42,482 bases of DNA from Chloroflexota bacterium (GTDB lineage: Bacteria; Chloroflexota; Ktedonobacteria; Ktedonobacterales; Ktedonobacteraceae), in the NCBI GenBank assembly GCA_027316975.1, contig DAHVFL010000001.1:1-42482 (forward strand), written 5' to 3'. A program made the position numbers and the translations under genes. Below, piece by piece: positions 8,619 to 18,111 of this stretch (its first letter is position 1; the number at the start of each line of letters is the position of its first letter). The notes under the pieces were generated by a model. That model did no database searches and had not been told where the DNA came from. It saw only the letters and a list, made by a program, of their open reading frames with translations.

Positions 8619-9989
8619 TTACATTCTCTGCCACAGGGCCTGCGATAGCTCTCTGGCTCGCGCAGCAATACGCGCTTCATCGACGGTCAGCAGCTGGCGG
8701 TTGCGCATCAGCCAGCGACCGGCCACCATCGTTGAATTGACGTGCAGCCCATCCATGCCAAAAATCATGTGCCAGGGAAAATTCTCTTCGCTCATCGGCG
8801 TGGGCGGCACGTAATCGAGCAGAACGATATCGGCAGCCGCGCCAACGCTCAATTCGCCAACACGCGGAAAATCCGCGCAGAACGGGCGAAAGATGGCATC
8901 CACGATACGCGCATTGTTTTGAAAGGCCATTTTCCATACAAGATTCCCCGGCATGGCGCGTGGATCGGCCAGCGCGAGCTTATGCAACAAATAGGCAGCC
9001 TTCATTTCTTGCAGCATGTTCATGCTGAAACCATCAGTGCCCAGTCCCACATTGACGCCAGCCGCCAGCATCTCTTCGACAGGAGCGCGCCCGACGGCAT
9101 TGTTCATATTCGAGCGCGGGTTATGCACACAATTAGTTTGCGTTTCCGCCAGCCGCCCAATTTCCCCGCTATTGACATGCACGCAGTGCGCGGCGATGCT
9201 GCGCGGCCCCAGGATGAGATGGGCCTCAAGACGTTCAACCACTCGCTTCTGATAGCGCGTCATGCTATCGTTTTCATCCGAAATATCCTCGGCAACATGA
9301 ATATGAAAGCCAACTCCCAATCTATCTGCCCCGGCGGCGCAGCGTTCGAGCGTGGCAGAGCTAAGCGTGAATGATGCGTGCAAGCCATAACTGGCGGAGA
9401 TCATGCCCGTTTGAGCCAGTTCGCTGCGTCCGGCGCGCAGCGAACTGATGAAGCGCTCATTTTCGCGCATACTACCCGCGATTGCCTCAAGCCCATCGCG
9501 ATCAGAAACCTCGTAGGCCAGGCACGCGCGAATCCCCGCATCTTCGACGGCATCGGCAATGGCATCCAGGCTCCCCTCGATAGCATTGGGGCTGGCGTGA
9601 TGATCGACGACGCAGGTTACACCGCTGCGAATGGCATCCGCCATATACACATCGACGCTGGCGCGCGTATCCTCCAACGTTAGCGCCTTATCCAATCGCC
9701 ACCACAACCGCTCCAGAATTTCAGGAAAGTTGCGCGGGGCTTCGCCAGCAACAGCCATACCCCGCGCAAACGCGCTATAAAAGTGCGTATGCGTGCAAAG
9801 CAAGCCGGGCATAATTAACCCGCCGTGAGCATCGATGTAATGCGCGCCTGGATACTGCTGGAGCAGCGCCACATCGCTGCCAAGAGCAGCTATGCGCCCG
9901 CCTCGCACCAGCACCGCGCCATGCTCAATAAGCTGGTTATGCTCGCCTCCTGTCACAACGGTGCCATTGCCTATGAGGATGTCTGACAT
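8619..9989 (-). CDS. ssnA: SsnA-like amidohydrolase (chlorohydrolase/aminohydrolase family)
   Basis: N-terminal GNGTVVTGG..., the metal-binding PGLLCTHTHFYSAFARG signature characteristic of SsnA-type proteins, an internal HVAE, and a late GTDG. Confidence 0.8.
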   Translation of the reverse strand: MSDILIGNGTVVTGGEHNQLIEHGAVLVRGGRIAALGSDVALLQQYPGAHYIDAHGGLIMPGLLCTHTHFYSAFARGMAVAGEAPRNFPEILERLWWRLDKALTLEDTRASVDVYMADAIRSGVTCVVDHHASPNAIEGSLDAIADAVEDAGIRACLAYEVSDRDGLEAIAGSMRENERFISSLRAGRSELAQTGMISASYGLHASFTLSSATLERCAAGADRLGVGFHIHVAEDISDENDSMTRYQKRVVERLEAHLILGPRSIAAHCVHVNSGEIGRLAETQTNCVHNPRSNMNNAVGRAPVEEMLAAGVNVGLGTDGFSMNMLQEMKAAYLLHKLALADPRAMPGNLVWKMAFQNNARIVDAIFRPFCADFPRVGELSVGAAADIVLLDYVPPTPMSEENFPWHMIFGMDGLHVNSTMVAGRWLMRNRQLLTVDEARIAARARELSQALWQRM

Positions 9990-10051
9990 ACGCGCGCCAT
10001 CCTTCCTTTGAGATAAATTATCATTAAGGGCGAAATATCAAAATTTGAGCA

Positions 10052-10071
10052 GGACGCGATGAATCGCGTCC
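10052..10071. repeat. Copy of the GGACGCGAT..ATCGCGTCC palindromic element
   Basis: GGACGCGATGAATCGCGTCC followed by CTAC. This is the same family as the paired copies at 37766-37838. Confidence 0.8.
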
Positions 10072-10144
10072 CTACAGTTTTCTTCCACGTAAAGTAAATG
10101 CTCTGCCAAAGCATGTACCGCCGGGTCCTTTGCCCATATATAAT

Positions 10145-11389
10145 TTAAGTGTACCCCTGCCTCACTATGCTGCTTACCATCTCCATACCCTCCACGCCCT
10201 TCTCAATCGGTACCACACTCCCCGCCGTCCCAATGACCGCGTCAATGCTCTTCAGGCCGCTACCCGTCACCAGCAACACAACCCGTTCATCTCGCGCTAT
10301 CTTCCCCTCATCGAGCAAACGCAGCAGACCGGCGTAACTGGCCGCGCCCGATGGCTCGGCGAAGACACCTGTCTGTCTTGCCAGCTCTTTCTCGGCAGAG
10401 AGTATCTGCTCGTCCGTGACGGTCACGCCGTATCCGCCGCTTGCGCGGATGTGCTTGACGGCCATCGCGCCGTTGCGGGGCAGGCCCACCGAGATACCGT
10501 CTGCGACTGTCTGCGCGGGATACTGGCGCACTACGCCATCACCCTCCAATGCGCGGGCGATGGCAGGCGACCCTTCGGCCTGCACCGCGATCATGCGCGG
10601 GATGCGCTCGATCATGCCCAGGCGATACAGGTCTTCAAAGCCGCGATACGCGCCGCTGATGATACAGCCATCGCCCGTAGGCACCAGCACGCTATCAGGA
10701 ACCTCCCAGTTCAGTTGCTCGGCAATCTCTAATCCGACCGTTTTCTTGCCCTCAACGAGATAAGGGTTGTACCCCGTGTTGCGGTTATACCAGCCGAAAG
10801 CGTTACACGCCTCGATACACAGATCAAAGGCATCATCATAACTTCCCTGCACGGCAAAGACCGTTGCCCCGCACATCAGCAATTGCACAATCTTGGCGCG
10901 CGGCGCGTTATGCGGCACGAAGATGTAGCACGGCAACCCCTGCGCTGCCGCCTGTACAGCCAGCGACGAGGCGGCGTTGCCCGTCGAGGCACAGGCCACC
11001 GTTTTCCCTTCCGCTCGCATCACCGCGATGATGCTGGCCCGGTCTTTTAGCGACGCGCTGGGGTTGCGCGAATCATCCTTGAGCCATAGATGCGTCATTC
11101 CCAACTTCACTCTCAAACGCTCAACCGCGTACAATGGCGTCCCACCAATCGCCAGAGGAGGCACAATATTAAGGCTATAGGAAATAGGAAGGAGAGCGCG
11201 GTAACGCCACATGGTCATATCGTGATTAGTTAGCAGGGACTCACGGCTGAATTGCCGCGCAACCTGCTCGTAGTCATAATGAACTTCAAGCACACCCAAC
11301 GGGCCGCAGGCGGGACAGCTATACGCAACCTCTTCGACGCTATAGCTGGTGCCACAAAGCACACATTGCAGGTCTGTGACGTGGTTCAT
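10145..11389 (-). CDS. Threonine-synthase-like fold-type-II PLP enzyme with N-terminal zinc ribbon
   Basis: CVLCGTSY...YSCPACG ribbon, PLP-lysine context NPSASLKDRAS, and glycine loop TGDGC. 414 aa. Confidence 0.75.
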   Translation of the reverse strand: MNHVTDLQCVLCGTSYSVEEVAYSCPACGPLGVLEVHYDYEQVARQFSRESLLTNHDMTMWRYRALLPISYSLNIVPPLAIGGTPLYAVERLRVKLGMTHLWLKDDSRNPSASLKDRASIIAVMRAEGKTVACASTGNAASSLAVQAAAQGLPCYIFVPHNAPRAKIVQLLMCGATVFAVQGSYDDAFDLCIEACNAFGWYNRNTGYNPYLVEGKKTVGLEIAEQLNWEVPDSVLVPTGDGCIISGAYRGFEDLYRLGMIERIPRMIAVQAEGSPAIARALEGDGVVRQYPAQTVADGISVGLPRNGAMAVKHIRASGGYGVTVTDEQILSAEKELARQTGVFAEPSGAASYAGLLRLLDEGKIARDERVVLLVTGSGLKSIDAVIGTAGSVVPIEKGVEGMEMVSSIVRQGYT

Positions 11390-11399
11390 CGTTGTCCCA

Positions 11400-12437
11400 T
11401 CAGTGGATTACCTCGAGTTTAACGCTTGCCAGTTTCGCTTTGTCGGCATCGCTCACCGGATGTTCGCGATCTGGCACCTCCAGTTCGGTATTCACGCCGC
11501 ATAATTCGGTGGAGAAGTAGCGCAGGCCGTTGTCCGAGAGAACGGTAACGACCATGCCGATATCTGGATAGCGCTGCGCAACTTTGATGGCAGCCGCCAC
11601 GTTGCAGCCGGATGAGATGCCGCAGAAAATGCCCTCTTCACGCGACAGGCGACGCGCCATCTCGATTGATTCATCCGATGTCGTGGTGACAACGCCATCA
11701 AGATACTGCACATGCAGCACTTCGGGGATGAAGCCATCGCCAATACCCTCGATTTTGTGCGGCCCCCAGGAGCCACCTGAGAGAATATCGCATTCGGCAG
11801 GCTCAACCGCGAAAACCTTGATGCTGGGGTTCTGCTCTTTCAGGTATTTGCCCGCGCCGGTAACGGTGCCTCCCGTTCCCTGCGACAGCACTAACGTGCC
11901 GACCTTGCCCCCGGTCTGCTCCCAGATTTCCGGCCCGGTGGTGCGATAATGCGCCTCGATATTATCGGCATTGACGAATTGACCCACTTCCCAGTATTTG
12001 CCGGGCGCGGCTGCTTTAAGTTCTTTCACCTTGTCGATCACCAGGTCTACATCGCTCTCCGCGCCGGGAGTCAGTAGCAGTTCGGCTCCATAGGCGCGAA
12101 TAGTTTTCTTGCGCTCCTCGCTCATGCCATCGGGCATCACAATCACGGCGGGATAACCTCGAACGGCGGCAACGCAGGAGGTAGCGATACCAGTATTGCC
12201 GGTCGTTCCCTCGATAATGCTCATGCCGGGACGCAGATCGCCGCGCCGTTCCGCCTCCGACACCAGGTAATGCAAAATACGATCCTTGACACTGCCGCTG
12301 GGGTTAAAATATTCAACTTTGGCGACGATGGTTGGTTTTACATCCCCCACCACGCGCCGCAAACGCACCATCGGCGTCATGCCCGCCGTATCAAGAATGC
12401 TCTCGGCAATCCGAGCGCGACCATTCCAGTCAACCAT
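11400..12437 (-). CDS. Cysteine synthase / cystathionine-beta-synthase-like fold-type-II PLP enzyme
   Basis: FNPSGSVKDR (PLP Lys), TTGNTGIA and GTGGTVTG motifs. The ATG at 12437 is preceded by an AGGAGG SD. Confidence 0.8.
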   Translation of the reverse strand: MVDWNGRARIAESILDTAGMTPMVRLRRVVGDVKPTIVAKVEYFNPSGSVKDRILHYLVSEAERRGDLRPGMSIIEGTTGNTGIATSCVAAVRGYPAVIVMPDGMSEERKKTIRAYGAELLLTPGAESDVDLVIDKVKELKAAAPGKYWEVGQFVNADNIEAHYRTTGPEIWEQTGGKVGTLVLSQGTGGTVTGAGKYLKEQNPSIKVFAVEPAECDILSGGSWGPHKIEGIGDGFIPEVLHVQYLDGVVTTTSDESIEMARRLSREEGIFCGISSGCNVAAAIKVAQRYPDIGMVVTVLSDNGLRYFSTELCGVNTELEVPDREHPVSDADKAKLASVKLEVIH

Positions 12438-12552
12438 AACAATACCTCCTGTTAAGCTTAAACCAGGGCGGGGCAAATGTCACCCCTACCGCAATCTTAA
12501 CGAACCTTTACTCGGGCGGGGGCAAGCCCCATCAGCGCGAATGTAAGCACTG

Positions 12553-12625
12553 CTGTCATCCTGAGCGAAGCGAAGGAACTGCGCTTTGCCCGGCGAGAGA
12601 TCCTTCGCTGCGCTCAGGATGACAG
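12553..12625. repeat. Inverted-repeat element of the GTCATCCTGAGCGCAGCGAAGGA family
   Basis: 25-bp arms, CTGTCATCCTGAGCGAAGCGAAGGA and TCCTTCGCTGCGCTCAGGATGACAG, with one mismatch. Relatives sit at 17999-18068 and 37869-37936. GGGGCGGGGCTTGCCCCCGCCC-type units flank it at about 12513-12530, 12688-12716 and 12762-12786. Confidence 0.9.
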
Positions 12626-12788
12626 ATGACGGGCGGGTCGCCCCTGCCCTATACGCTTTATGCCCTACACTGCCAAATCGTAGCAGGGTAGGGGCGTGGG
12701 CTTGTCCCCGCCCTGGGAGGGGGGCGCGGTCCATTTCGACCCTCCTTAACTTGACGCTTATGGGGCGGGGCTTGCCCCCGCCCTGGTT

Positions 12789-13817
12789 TCACATCTTGAC
12801 CAGGCTGCGATCAATGCTCGCCAGCGTGGGGCGGCCAGAGAGCGCCATCGCCAGTTCGAGTTCTTTGCGCAACAGCTCCAGCACGGAAAAAGCGCCATCC
12901 GCGCCGCTCACGGCCAATCCCCACAGCACGGGCCGCCCAATCAGCACAGCCCGCGCTCCCAACGCCAGCGCTTTGAGAATATCTGTGCCACGCCGTATAC
13001 CCCCGTCAAAATATATTTCACATCGTCCCGCAACTGCCTCGATGATTTCGGGCAACGCTTCAATGCCGGGAATAGCTGTATCAAGCTGACGCCCGCCGTG
13101 ATTTGTGACTACGATGCCGTCAACGCCATGTTCGATAGCCAGCCGCGCGTCCTCCCCGGTCAGGATACCTTTGAGGATAACAGGCAACGATGTGATTGAG
13201 CGCAGCCACGCCAGCGATTCCCAGGTAAGCGTTACCCATGCCTGACCCACCTTCTCTACATCGACAAAATTTGCTTCCTGATAGGGAACTGGCGGAATGG
13301 TGATGTTATGACGCCGGTCCTTCTCGCGATTGCCCAGCCTGGGCAGGTCAACAGTCAGCACAATAGCGCGATACCCGGCATCTTCCGCGCGGCGCACCAG
13401 CAACTCCGCGACTTTCAGGCTGGGATAGGTATACAGTTGAAACCAGAGCGGCCCGCTTGCCGCCTGCGCGATCTCTTCAATAGTGCGGGTAGCAACGGTG
13501 CTGGCAATCATCAACGTACCCGCTCTACCGGCAGCCTGCGCCGTTGCGCACTCGCCTTCGGGATGCGCCATGCAATGCGATGCCATTGGAGCGATCAATA
13601 GCGGCATACTGACCGGCGTACCGAGTACCTCGCAATGCATATCAATAGCGCTGACATCCACCAGCACGCGCGGTCGCAGTTTGATACGCTCAAAGGCAGC
13701 GCGGCATTCCCGCATCGTCACTTCATCGTCGCTGCCTCCCTGGTAGTAGTCCCACAGGGGAGGAGCCATACGAGCCTGGGCAAGCTTTTCATAGTCAAAG
13801 ACATTCACCAGTTCCAT
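12789..13817 (-). CDS. FMN-dependent 2-hydroxyacid oxidase/dehydrogenase (glycolate/L-lactate oxidase family)
   Basis: Family-typical features: N-terminal NVFDYEKLAQ..., SNHGGRQLD-like VTNHGGRQLD, and DGGIRRGTDILKALALGA. The ATG at 13817 is chosen because the longer ORF start runs into the repeat element. Confidence 0.85.
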   Translation of the reverse strand: MELVNVFDYEKLAQARMAPPLWDYYQGGSDDEVTMRECRAAFERIKLRPRVLVDVSAIDMHCEVLGTPVSMPLLIAPMASHCMAHPEGECATAQAAGRAGTLMIASTVATRTIEEIAQAASGPLWFQLYTYPSLKVAELLVRRAEDAGYRAIVLTVDLPRLGNREKDRRHNITIPPVPYQEANFVDVEKVGQAWVTLTWESLAWLRSITSLPVILKGILTGEDARLAIEHGVDGIVVTNHGGRQLDTAIPGIEALPEIIEAVAGRCEIYFDGGIRRGTDILKALALGARAVLIGRPVLWGLAVSGADGAFSVLELLRKELELAMALSGRPTLASIDRSLVKM

Positions 13818-13837
13818 ACTTTGTCTCTTTCCAGTAT

Positions 13838-13930
13838 GCCAGGGCGACCGCAAGGGTCGCCCCTACCATACACGAATCTCGCTAACCGTTTCGAAGTATG
13901 GTAGGGGCGACCCTTGCGGTCGCCCTGGCA
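13838..13930. repeat. Pair of inverted 33-bp GGTCGCC-type palindromic units
   Basis: TGCCAGGGCGACCGCAAGGGTCGCCCCTACCATA (13838-13870) and its exact reverse complement (13898-13930). Each arm is itself internally palindromic. Related copies at 26517-26604. Confidence 0.9.
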
Positions 13931-13985
13931 ATACCCCGCAATTCTTGTTGGCACCTTTTCCTGACTTAATCATTTCAAACTAACT

Positions 13986-16949
13986 TTATCGATTTGACCC
14001 CTGCGCGCGAATAGCACGCAGCACGCGCTCCGGTGTTAGCGGAATCTGGCGAATGCGCAGGCCAAGCGCGTCGGCAACGGCGTTGGCGACGGCGGGTGCC
14101 ATGGCGTCGATAGGTATCTCAGCAATGGCTTTCGCGCCGAAAGGACCGAAGGGGTCGCTGGTCTCCACGATATACGTCTCCATCGAGGGCATATCGGGCG
14201 CGCTGAAAATGCGGTAATCGCTCAGGTTGGTAGTCAGCATGGCTCCGTTCGCGTCGTAGACCATCTCTTCGCAGACGCCGTAGCCCAACGCCTGGGTTGC
14301 GCCGCCTTCAATCTGGCCTTCCGCAGTGATGGGGTTGATGACGCGCCCGGCATCGATAGCCGAGATGGCGCGCAGCACGCGCACCACGCCCGTTTCGGTA
14401 TCGACTTCGACTTCCGCTCCCTGCGCGGCGAATGGTGGCGGCGACTCATAGCTCATCCACGAAGCAGTCGCCATGATTTGCTGCTGGTTCTCTACATGCA
14501 GCGAGTGCAGCGCGACCTGCGAAACCGTAACAGTATTGCCGTTGGGAGCCGTGATGACGCGGTCCTTGATGGTAAGCGTTTCAGGATTGGCTTTGAGCAT
14601 ACTGCCGGCCACCGCCAGTATCTGCGCTCGCGCCTGTTCCGCCGCTTTTTTAGCCGCGCCGCCGCTGATGTAGGTGGTCGAAGAGGCATATGCGCCCGTA
14701 TCAAAAGGCGTAAAATCGGTGTCCGACGAATGGATAATGATATCCTCTACGCGCACGCCCAGCGTCTCAGCTACTATCTGCGCGATTACCGTATCCGAAC
14801 CTGTGCCAATGTCGGTCGCGCCCACCAGCAGATTGAACGAGCCATCGTCATTGAGTTTGATGCTGGCGCCAGCCATATCAAGTCCGGCGATGGCTGTGCC
14901 GTGCATGGCAAGCGCCACACCCACGCCGCGCCGGTAGCGGCCTTTGCCACCCTTGCCGCGACTCTCTTTCCAGTTCAGCCGCTCCTCGACGATCTGCAAA
15001 CATTGCGGCAGGCCGCAGCTCTGGATAACCTGGTCGTACCCCTCTTTGCCTTCACCGAGCGCCTTCGCGAAAGGAATCTCCTCGCCCTCTTTAATCCAAT
15101 TTTTGCGCCGCAATTCCAGCGCGTCAATGCCCAACTGCCTCGCCACCTCGTCCATGTGGCATTCGAGCGCGAACGCACCCTGTGGGACGCCATAGCCGCG
15201 AAAGGCTCCGGCTGGCGGCAGATTGGTATAGACAACATCGGCATCGAAAAGGATATTGGGGCAGGGATAGAGCGGCAGCGTTTTGGAACCTGTGTTGCTC
15301 TGCACGGTCAGCGAATGCCCGCCATACGCGCCCGTATTAGCGATCAGCTTCATCGAATTGGCAACCAGCGTGCCGTCGCGTTTCACGCCGGTCTTCATAC
15401 GAATAATCTGTGGATGGCGCGAGCGGCTGCTGCGAAACTCCTCAGCGCGCGTCAATTCCAGCTTGACGGGCCTATCGGTCGCAATGGTCAATAACGCGCA
15501 GATATCTTCCAGCAGCACCTCCTGCTTGACGCCGAAGCCACCACCGATACGCGGTTTAATGACGCGAATGCGGCGCGGCGACAGGCCAATGACGGGCGCG
15601 ATGATGCGGCGCACATGGTAGGGAACCTGGGTGCTGGTGCGCACTACGAGGCGATCATCCTCGTCCCAGTAGGTAATCACGATATGATTTTCAATGGGCG
15701 TTTGCTGCACCTGCGGAACAATGTATTCTCCCTCGACGATCAGGTCGGATTCGGCAAAGCCGCGCTGCACGTCTCCTACTTCCGCGTGCAGGTGCGCGGC
15801 GATGTTGCGCGAGGCATCATGAATGCGATACGATTCCGGTTCGGGATGGATACGCGGCGCATCGGGGTCCATCGCCTTGCGCAGGTCCAGCACCGCGGGC
15901 TTGATCTCGTAATCGACCTTGATCAGTTTCAGAGCCTGGTCCGCAATTTCAAGAGTTTCGGCGGCCACGGCTGCTACACGATCCCCCACGAAGCGCACGA
16001 TATAATCCAGGCTGTACTGGTCATGCGGCCCCGGTTCAGGCCATGATTGCCCGGCAGTCGTATAAGGAACGCGCGGTATATCTTTATAAGTCAAGACCGC
16101 GTGGACGCCCGGCAGCGCGCGCGCCTCGGATACATCAATATCGCGAATATGCGCGTGCGCGTGCGGGCTGGTCAGCAAACGCCCGTACAGCATATCGCGC
16201 AATTCAATATCGTCCACATAGGCCGGTTTGCCCGTTACCAGTTTCACAGCATCAACTTTGCGCTCGGCCTTGCCCACGATGCTCAATTCAGTTGAAACAC
16301 GAGTCTCCGTCAACGTGGCTACGCCTCCCCCGGAATCATTCCCCTGAGCAGGCGCGCCATGCCCTTCGCCATCGTCCGGTGTACCTGAACCTGATGCGCC
16401 ATGTTCACCATGTTCGAGCGGGGAACGTCCGGGGTCCCAGGGCTGGAAATTCTCATGCGAGTCGGGACGACTGATGGGGGTCATTGTCTCGCCGCGCATC
16501 ACTGCCGCAGCCCTCAAGACGGCCTGCACCGGTTTGACGTAGCCGGTGCAGCGACAGAGGTTGCCCGAAAGCGCGTCGCGCGCGTCCGCTTCGGTCGGGT
16601 TCGCATTATTTTTGAGCAGTTCGTAAGCGGAAAGCACCATACCCGGTGTGCAAAAGCCGCACTGGATCGCCCCCGTATCGATGAAGGCTTCCTGTATGGG
16701 ATGCAACTTGCGCGCGTTGCCCAGGCTTTCCACAGTGGTAAGCGTGCAACCACCCACCTGGGCCGCGAAGGTGACGCAGCTCGGACGAGCAACGCCATCG
16801 ATCAGCACGGTGCAAGCTCCACATTCGCCCGTCTCGCAGCCATGCTTGACACTAAAATATCCTTCCTGGCGCAGCGCGGTCAGTAAGGACTGGTTGGCCG
16901 CCACATCCAGGCTCTTAATGACGCCATTGATGCGAAATTCAACTTCCAT
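13986..16949 (-). CDS. Xanthine-dehydrogenase-family molybdenum hydroxylase, fused [2Fe-2S] and molybdopterin-binding subunit
   Basis: The N-terminus has both ferredoxin cluster motifs (CETGECGACTV; QCGFCTPGM...CRCTGY). A Gly/His/Asp-rich linker (GEHGASGSGTPDDGEGHGAPAQGNDSGGG) follows, then an ~800-aa aldehyde-oxidase/XDH Mo-binding region (GGGFG, AYRGYG-like AFRGYGVPQG). Confidence 0.88.
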   Translation of the reverse strand: MEVEFRINGVIKSLDVAANQSLLTALRQEGYFSVKHGCETGECGACTVLIDGVARPSCVTFAAQVGGCTLTTVESLGNARKLHPIQEAFIDTGAIQCGFCTPGMVLSAYELLKNNANPTEADARDALSGNLCRCTGYVKPVQAVLRAAAVMRGETMTPISRPDSHENFQPWDPGRSPLEHGEHGASGSGTPDDGEGHGAPAQGNDSGGGVATLTETRVSTELSIVGKAERKVDAVKLVTGKPAYVDDIELRDMLYGRLLTSPHAHAHIRDIDVSEARALPGVHAVLTYKDIPRVPYTTAGQSWPEPGPHDQYSLDYIVRFVGDRVAAVAAETLEIADQALKLIKVDYEIKPAVLDLRKAMDPDAPRIHPEPESYRIHDASRNIAAHLHAEVGDVQRGFAESDLIVEGEYIVPQVQQTPIENHIVITYWDEDDRLVVRTSTQVPYHVRRIIAPVIGLSPRRIRVIKPRIGGGFGVKQEVLLEDICALLTIATDRPVKLELTRAEEFRSSRSRHPQIIRMKTGVKRDGTLVANSMKLIANTGAYGGHSLTVQSNTGSKTLPLYPCPNILFDADVVYTNLPPAGAFRGYGVPQGAFALECHMDEVARQLGIDALELRRKNWIKEGEEIPFAKALGEGKEGYDQVIQSCGLPQCLQIVEERLNWKESRGKGGKGRYRRGVGVALAMHGTAIAGLDMAGASIKLNDDGSFNLLVGATDIGTGSDTVIAQIVAETLGVRVEDIIIHSSDTDFTPFDTGAYASSTTYISGGAAKKAAEQARAQILAVAGSMLKANPETLTIKDRVITAPNGNTVTVSQVALHSLHVENQQQIMATASWMSYESPPPFAAQGAEVEVDTETGVVRVLRAISAIDAGRVINPITAEGQIEGGATQALGYGVCEEMVYDANGAMLTTNLSDYRIFSAPDMPSMETYIVETSDPFGPFGAKAIAEIPIDAMAPAVANAVADALGLRIRQIPLTPERVLRAIRAQGSNR

Positions 16950-16952
16950 TGC

Positions 16953-17933
16953 TTATTGCCTCTCCTTCGACGATACCATGTTACGCCAGCGCGAAATAGT
17001 GGTGGCCTCCTCGAGCGCGCGAAACGCCAGGTTTACTCCACTAATTTTGCGGTAGCCAGCGCTGGCCCGGAAGTCAGCCGGGGGTGAGAAATCCGCCATG
17101 CCTGCTTGCAGCGCGGACACGAGCACCTGTGTATTGATGGTCGTACCACCTTCATTCATGGCAACCTGCCCTTCAAGCTGCTTTTCAACCCCCTGCATAC
17201 GCACCGGTTCCATAGAGACGCCGCCCAACGCCAGGCGTACCTGCTTATACGCGCCATCCTGAATTCCGACCAGCGCGCACGCATTTAAGAGCGCGACATC
17301 CGTGGGAGTGCGGCCAATGCGCTGAAACGACGCGCCGGCGCCAGCAGCCGGGCGCGGTATGACCACTTCGACGATGAGTTCGTTGGGACGCACTTCGTGG
17401 CTCAAATTGACGCAGGAGATGCGCCGTTCCAGTTTGCCATTGAAGGTTACACCGGCCAGCGCGAAACCAGGACGCTCTACCGTTCCAGCGCTGAGATCAA
17501 CCTTCGTGCGAGAGCCGGAACGCAACAGAGCCTCAGCATCCAGCGCGGCCAGCGCAGTTAATACATCGGCCTGGGACGCCGCGCCAATCGCCAGCGTCCC
17601 GCCCAGCGTCGCGCTATTGCGAATTACACGCGAGAATGAAGACGCCTGCGTCGCCCGCGCAAGCACGCCCGTCGCCAGTTCCTTCAACACAGGCGCATCG
17701 ACCATGTTCTGTAGCGTAACCATCGCGCCAATATACACGCTCGTTGCATCCTCGCGAATATGGCCCAGCTCCAGGTCGCGCAGATCGACCACCGCCTGAA
17801 TACTGTCGTCGTCCAGGCCGAGCAGGTGTGTGCCACCGGCCAGGACCACGGTCTTCACATCCGTTCGCGCCAGTAGCAGCAGCGCTTGGTCAATATCCTC
17901 TGCCCAGTGGTATTCGAGTAAATTCAGCAACAT
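16953..17933 (-). CDS. FAD-binding subunit of the molybdenum hydroxylase (CoxM/XdhB-like)
   Basis: FAD-binding domain pattern (VLAGGTHLL, ATLGGTLA). 326 aa. Its stop lies 3 nt upstream of the large-subunit start. Confidence 0.8.
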   Translation of the reverse strand: MLLNLLEYHWAEDIDQALLLLARTDVKTVVLAGGTHLLGLDDDSIQAVVDLRDLELGHIREDATSVYIGAMVTLQNMVDAPVLKELATGVLARATQASSFSRVIRNSATLGGTLAIGAASQADVLTALAALDAEALLRSGSRTKVDLSAGTVERPGFALAGVTFNGKLERRISCVNLSHEVRPNELIVEVVIPRPAAGAGASFQRIGRTPTDVALLNACALVGIQDGAYKQVRLALGGVSMEPVRMQGVEKQLEGQVAMNEGGTTINTQVLVSALQAGMADFSPPADFRASAGYRKISGVNLAFRALEEATTISRWRNMVSSKERQ

Positions 17934-17998
17934 CTATTTTACCTTCTATAAATATGCAGGGGCACCGTCATTGTACTGAGAAAGATCGCACGCCATTT

Positions 17999-18068
17999 GT
18001 CACCCTGAGCGCAGCGAAGGGTCTCACTCGATGAGCCGAGAGATCCTTCGCTGCGCTCAGGATGACAG
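17999..18068. repeat. Inverted-repeat element, GTCA(C/T)CCTGAGCGCAGCGAAGG family
   Basis: GTCACCCTGAGCGCAGCGAAGGG ... TCCTTCGCTGCGCTCAGGATGACAG, lying between the ade stop and the FAD-subunit start. Confidence 0.9.
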
Positions 18069-18111
18069 GGCCGATTTTGATTAGTAATGTTCATCACCTA
18101 TCCACCGAGAC

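Noticed and set aside
12486-13089. ORFs of 82 aa (minus strand) and 167 aa (plus strand) across the 12.5-12.8 kb gap
   Set aside because: They are translated from the palindromic repeat elements (..SAAKDL.., ..GRGQAP.. peptides). The 167-aa ORF then runs antisense into the FMN oxidase gene.
14478-15494. 338-aa plus-strand ORF, and similar ORFs at 15615-16886
   Set aside because: They are antisense shadows within the XDH-family large gene.
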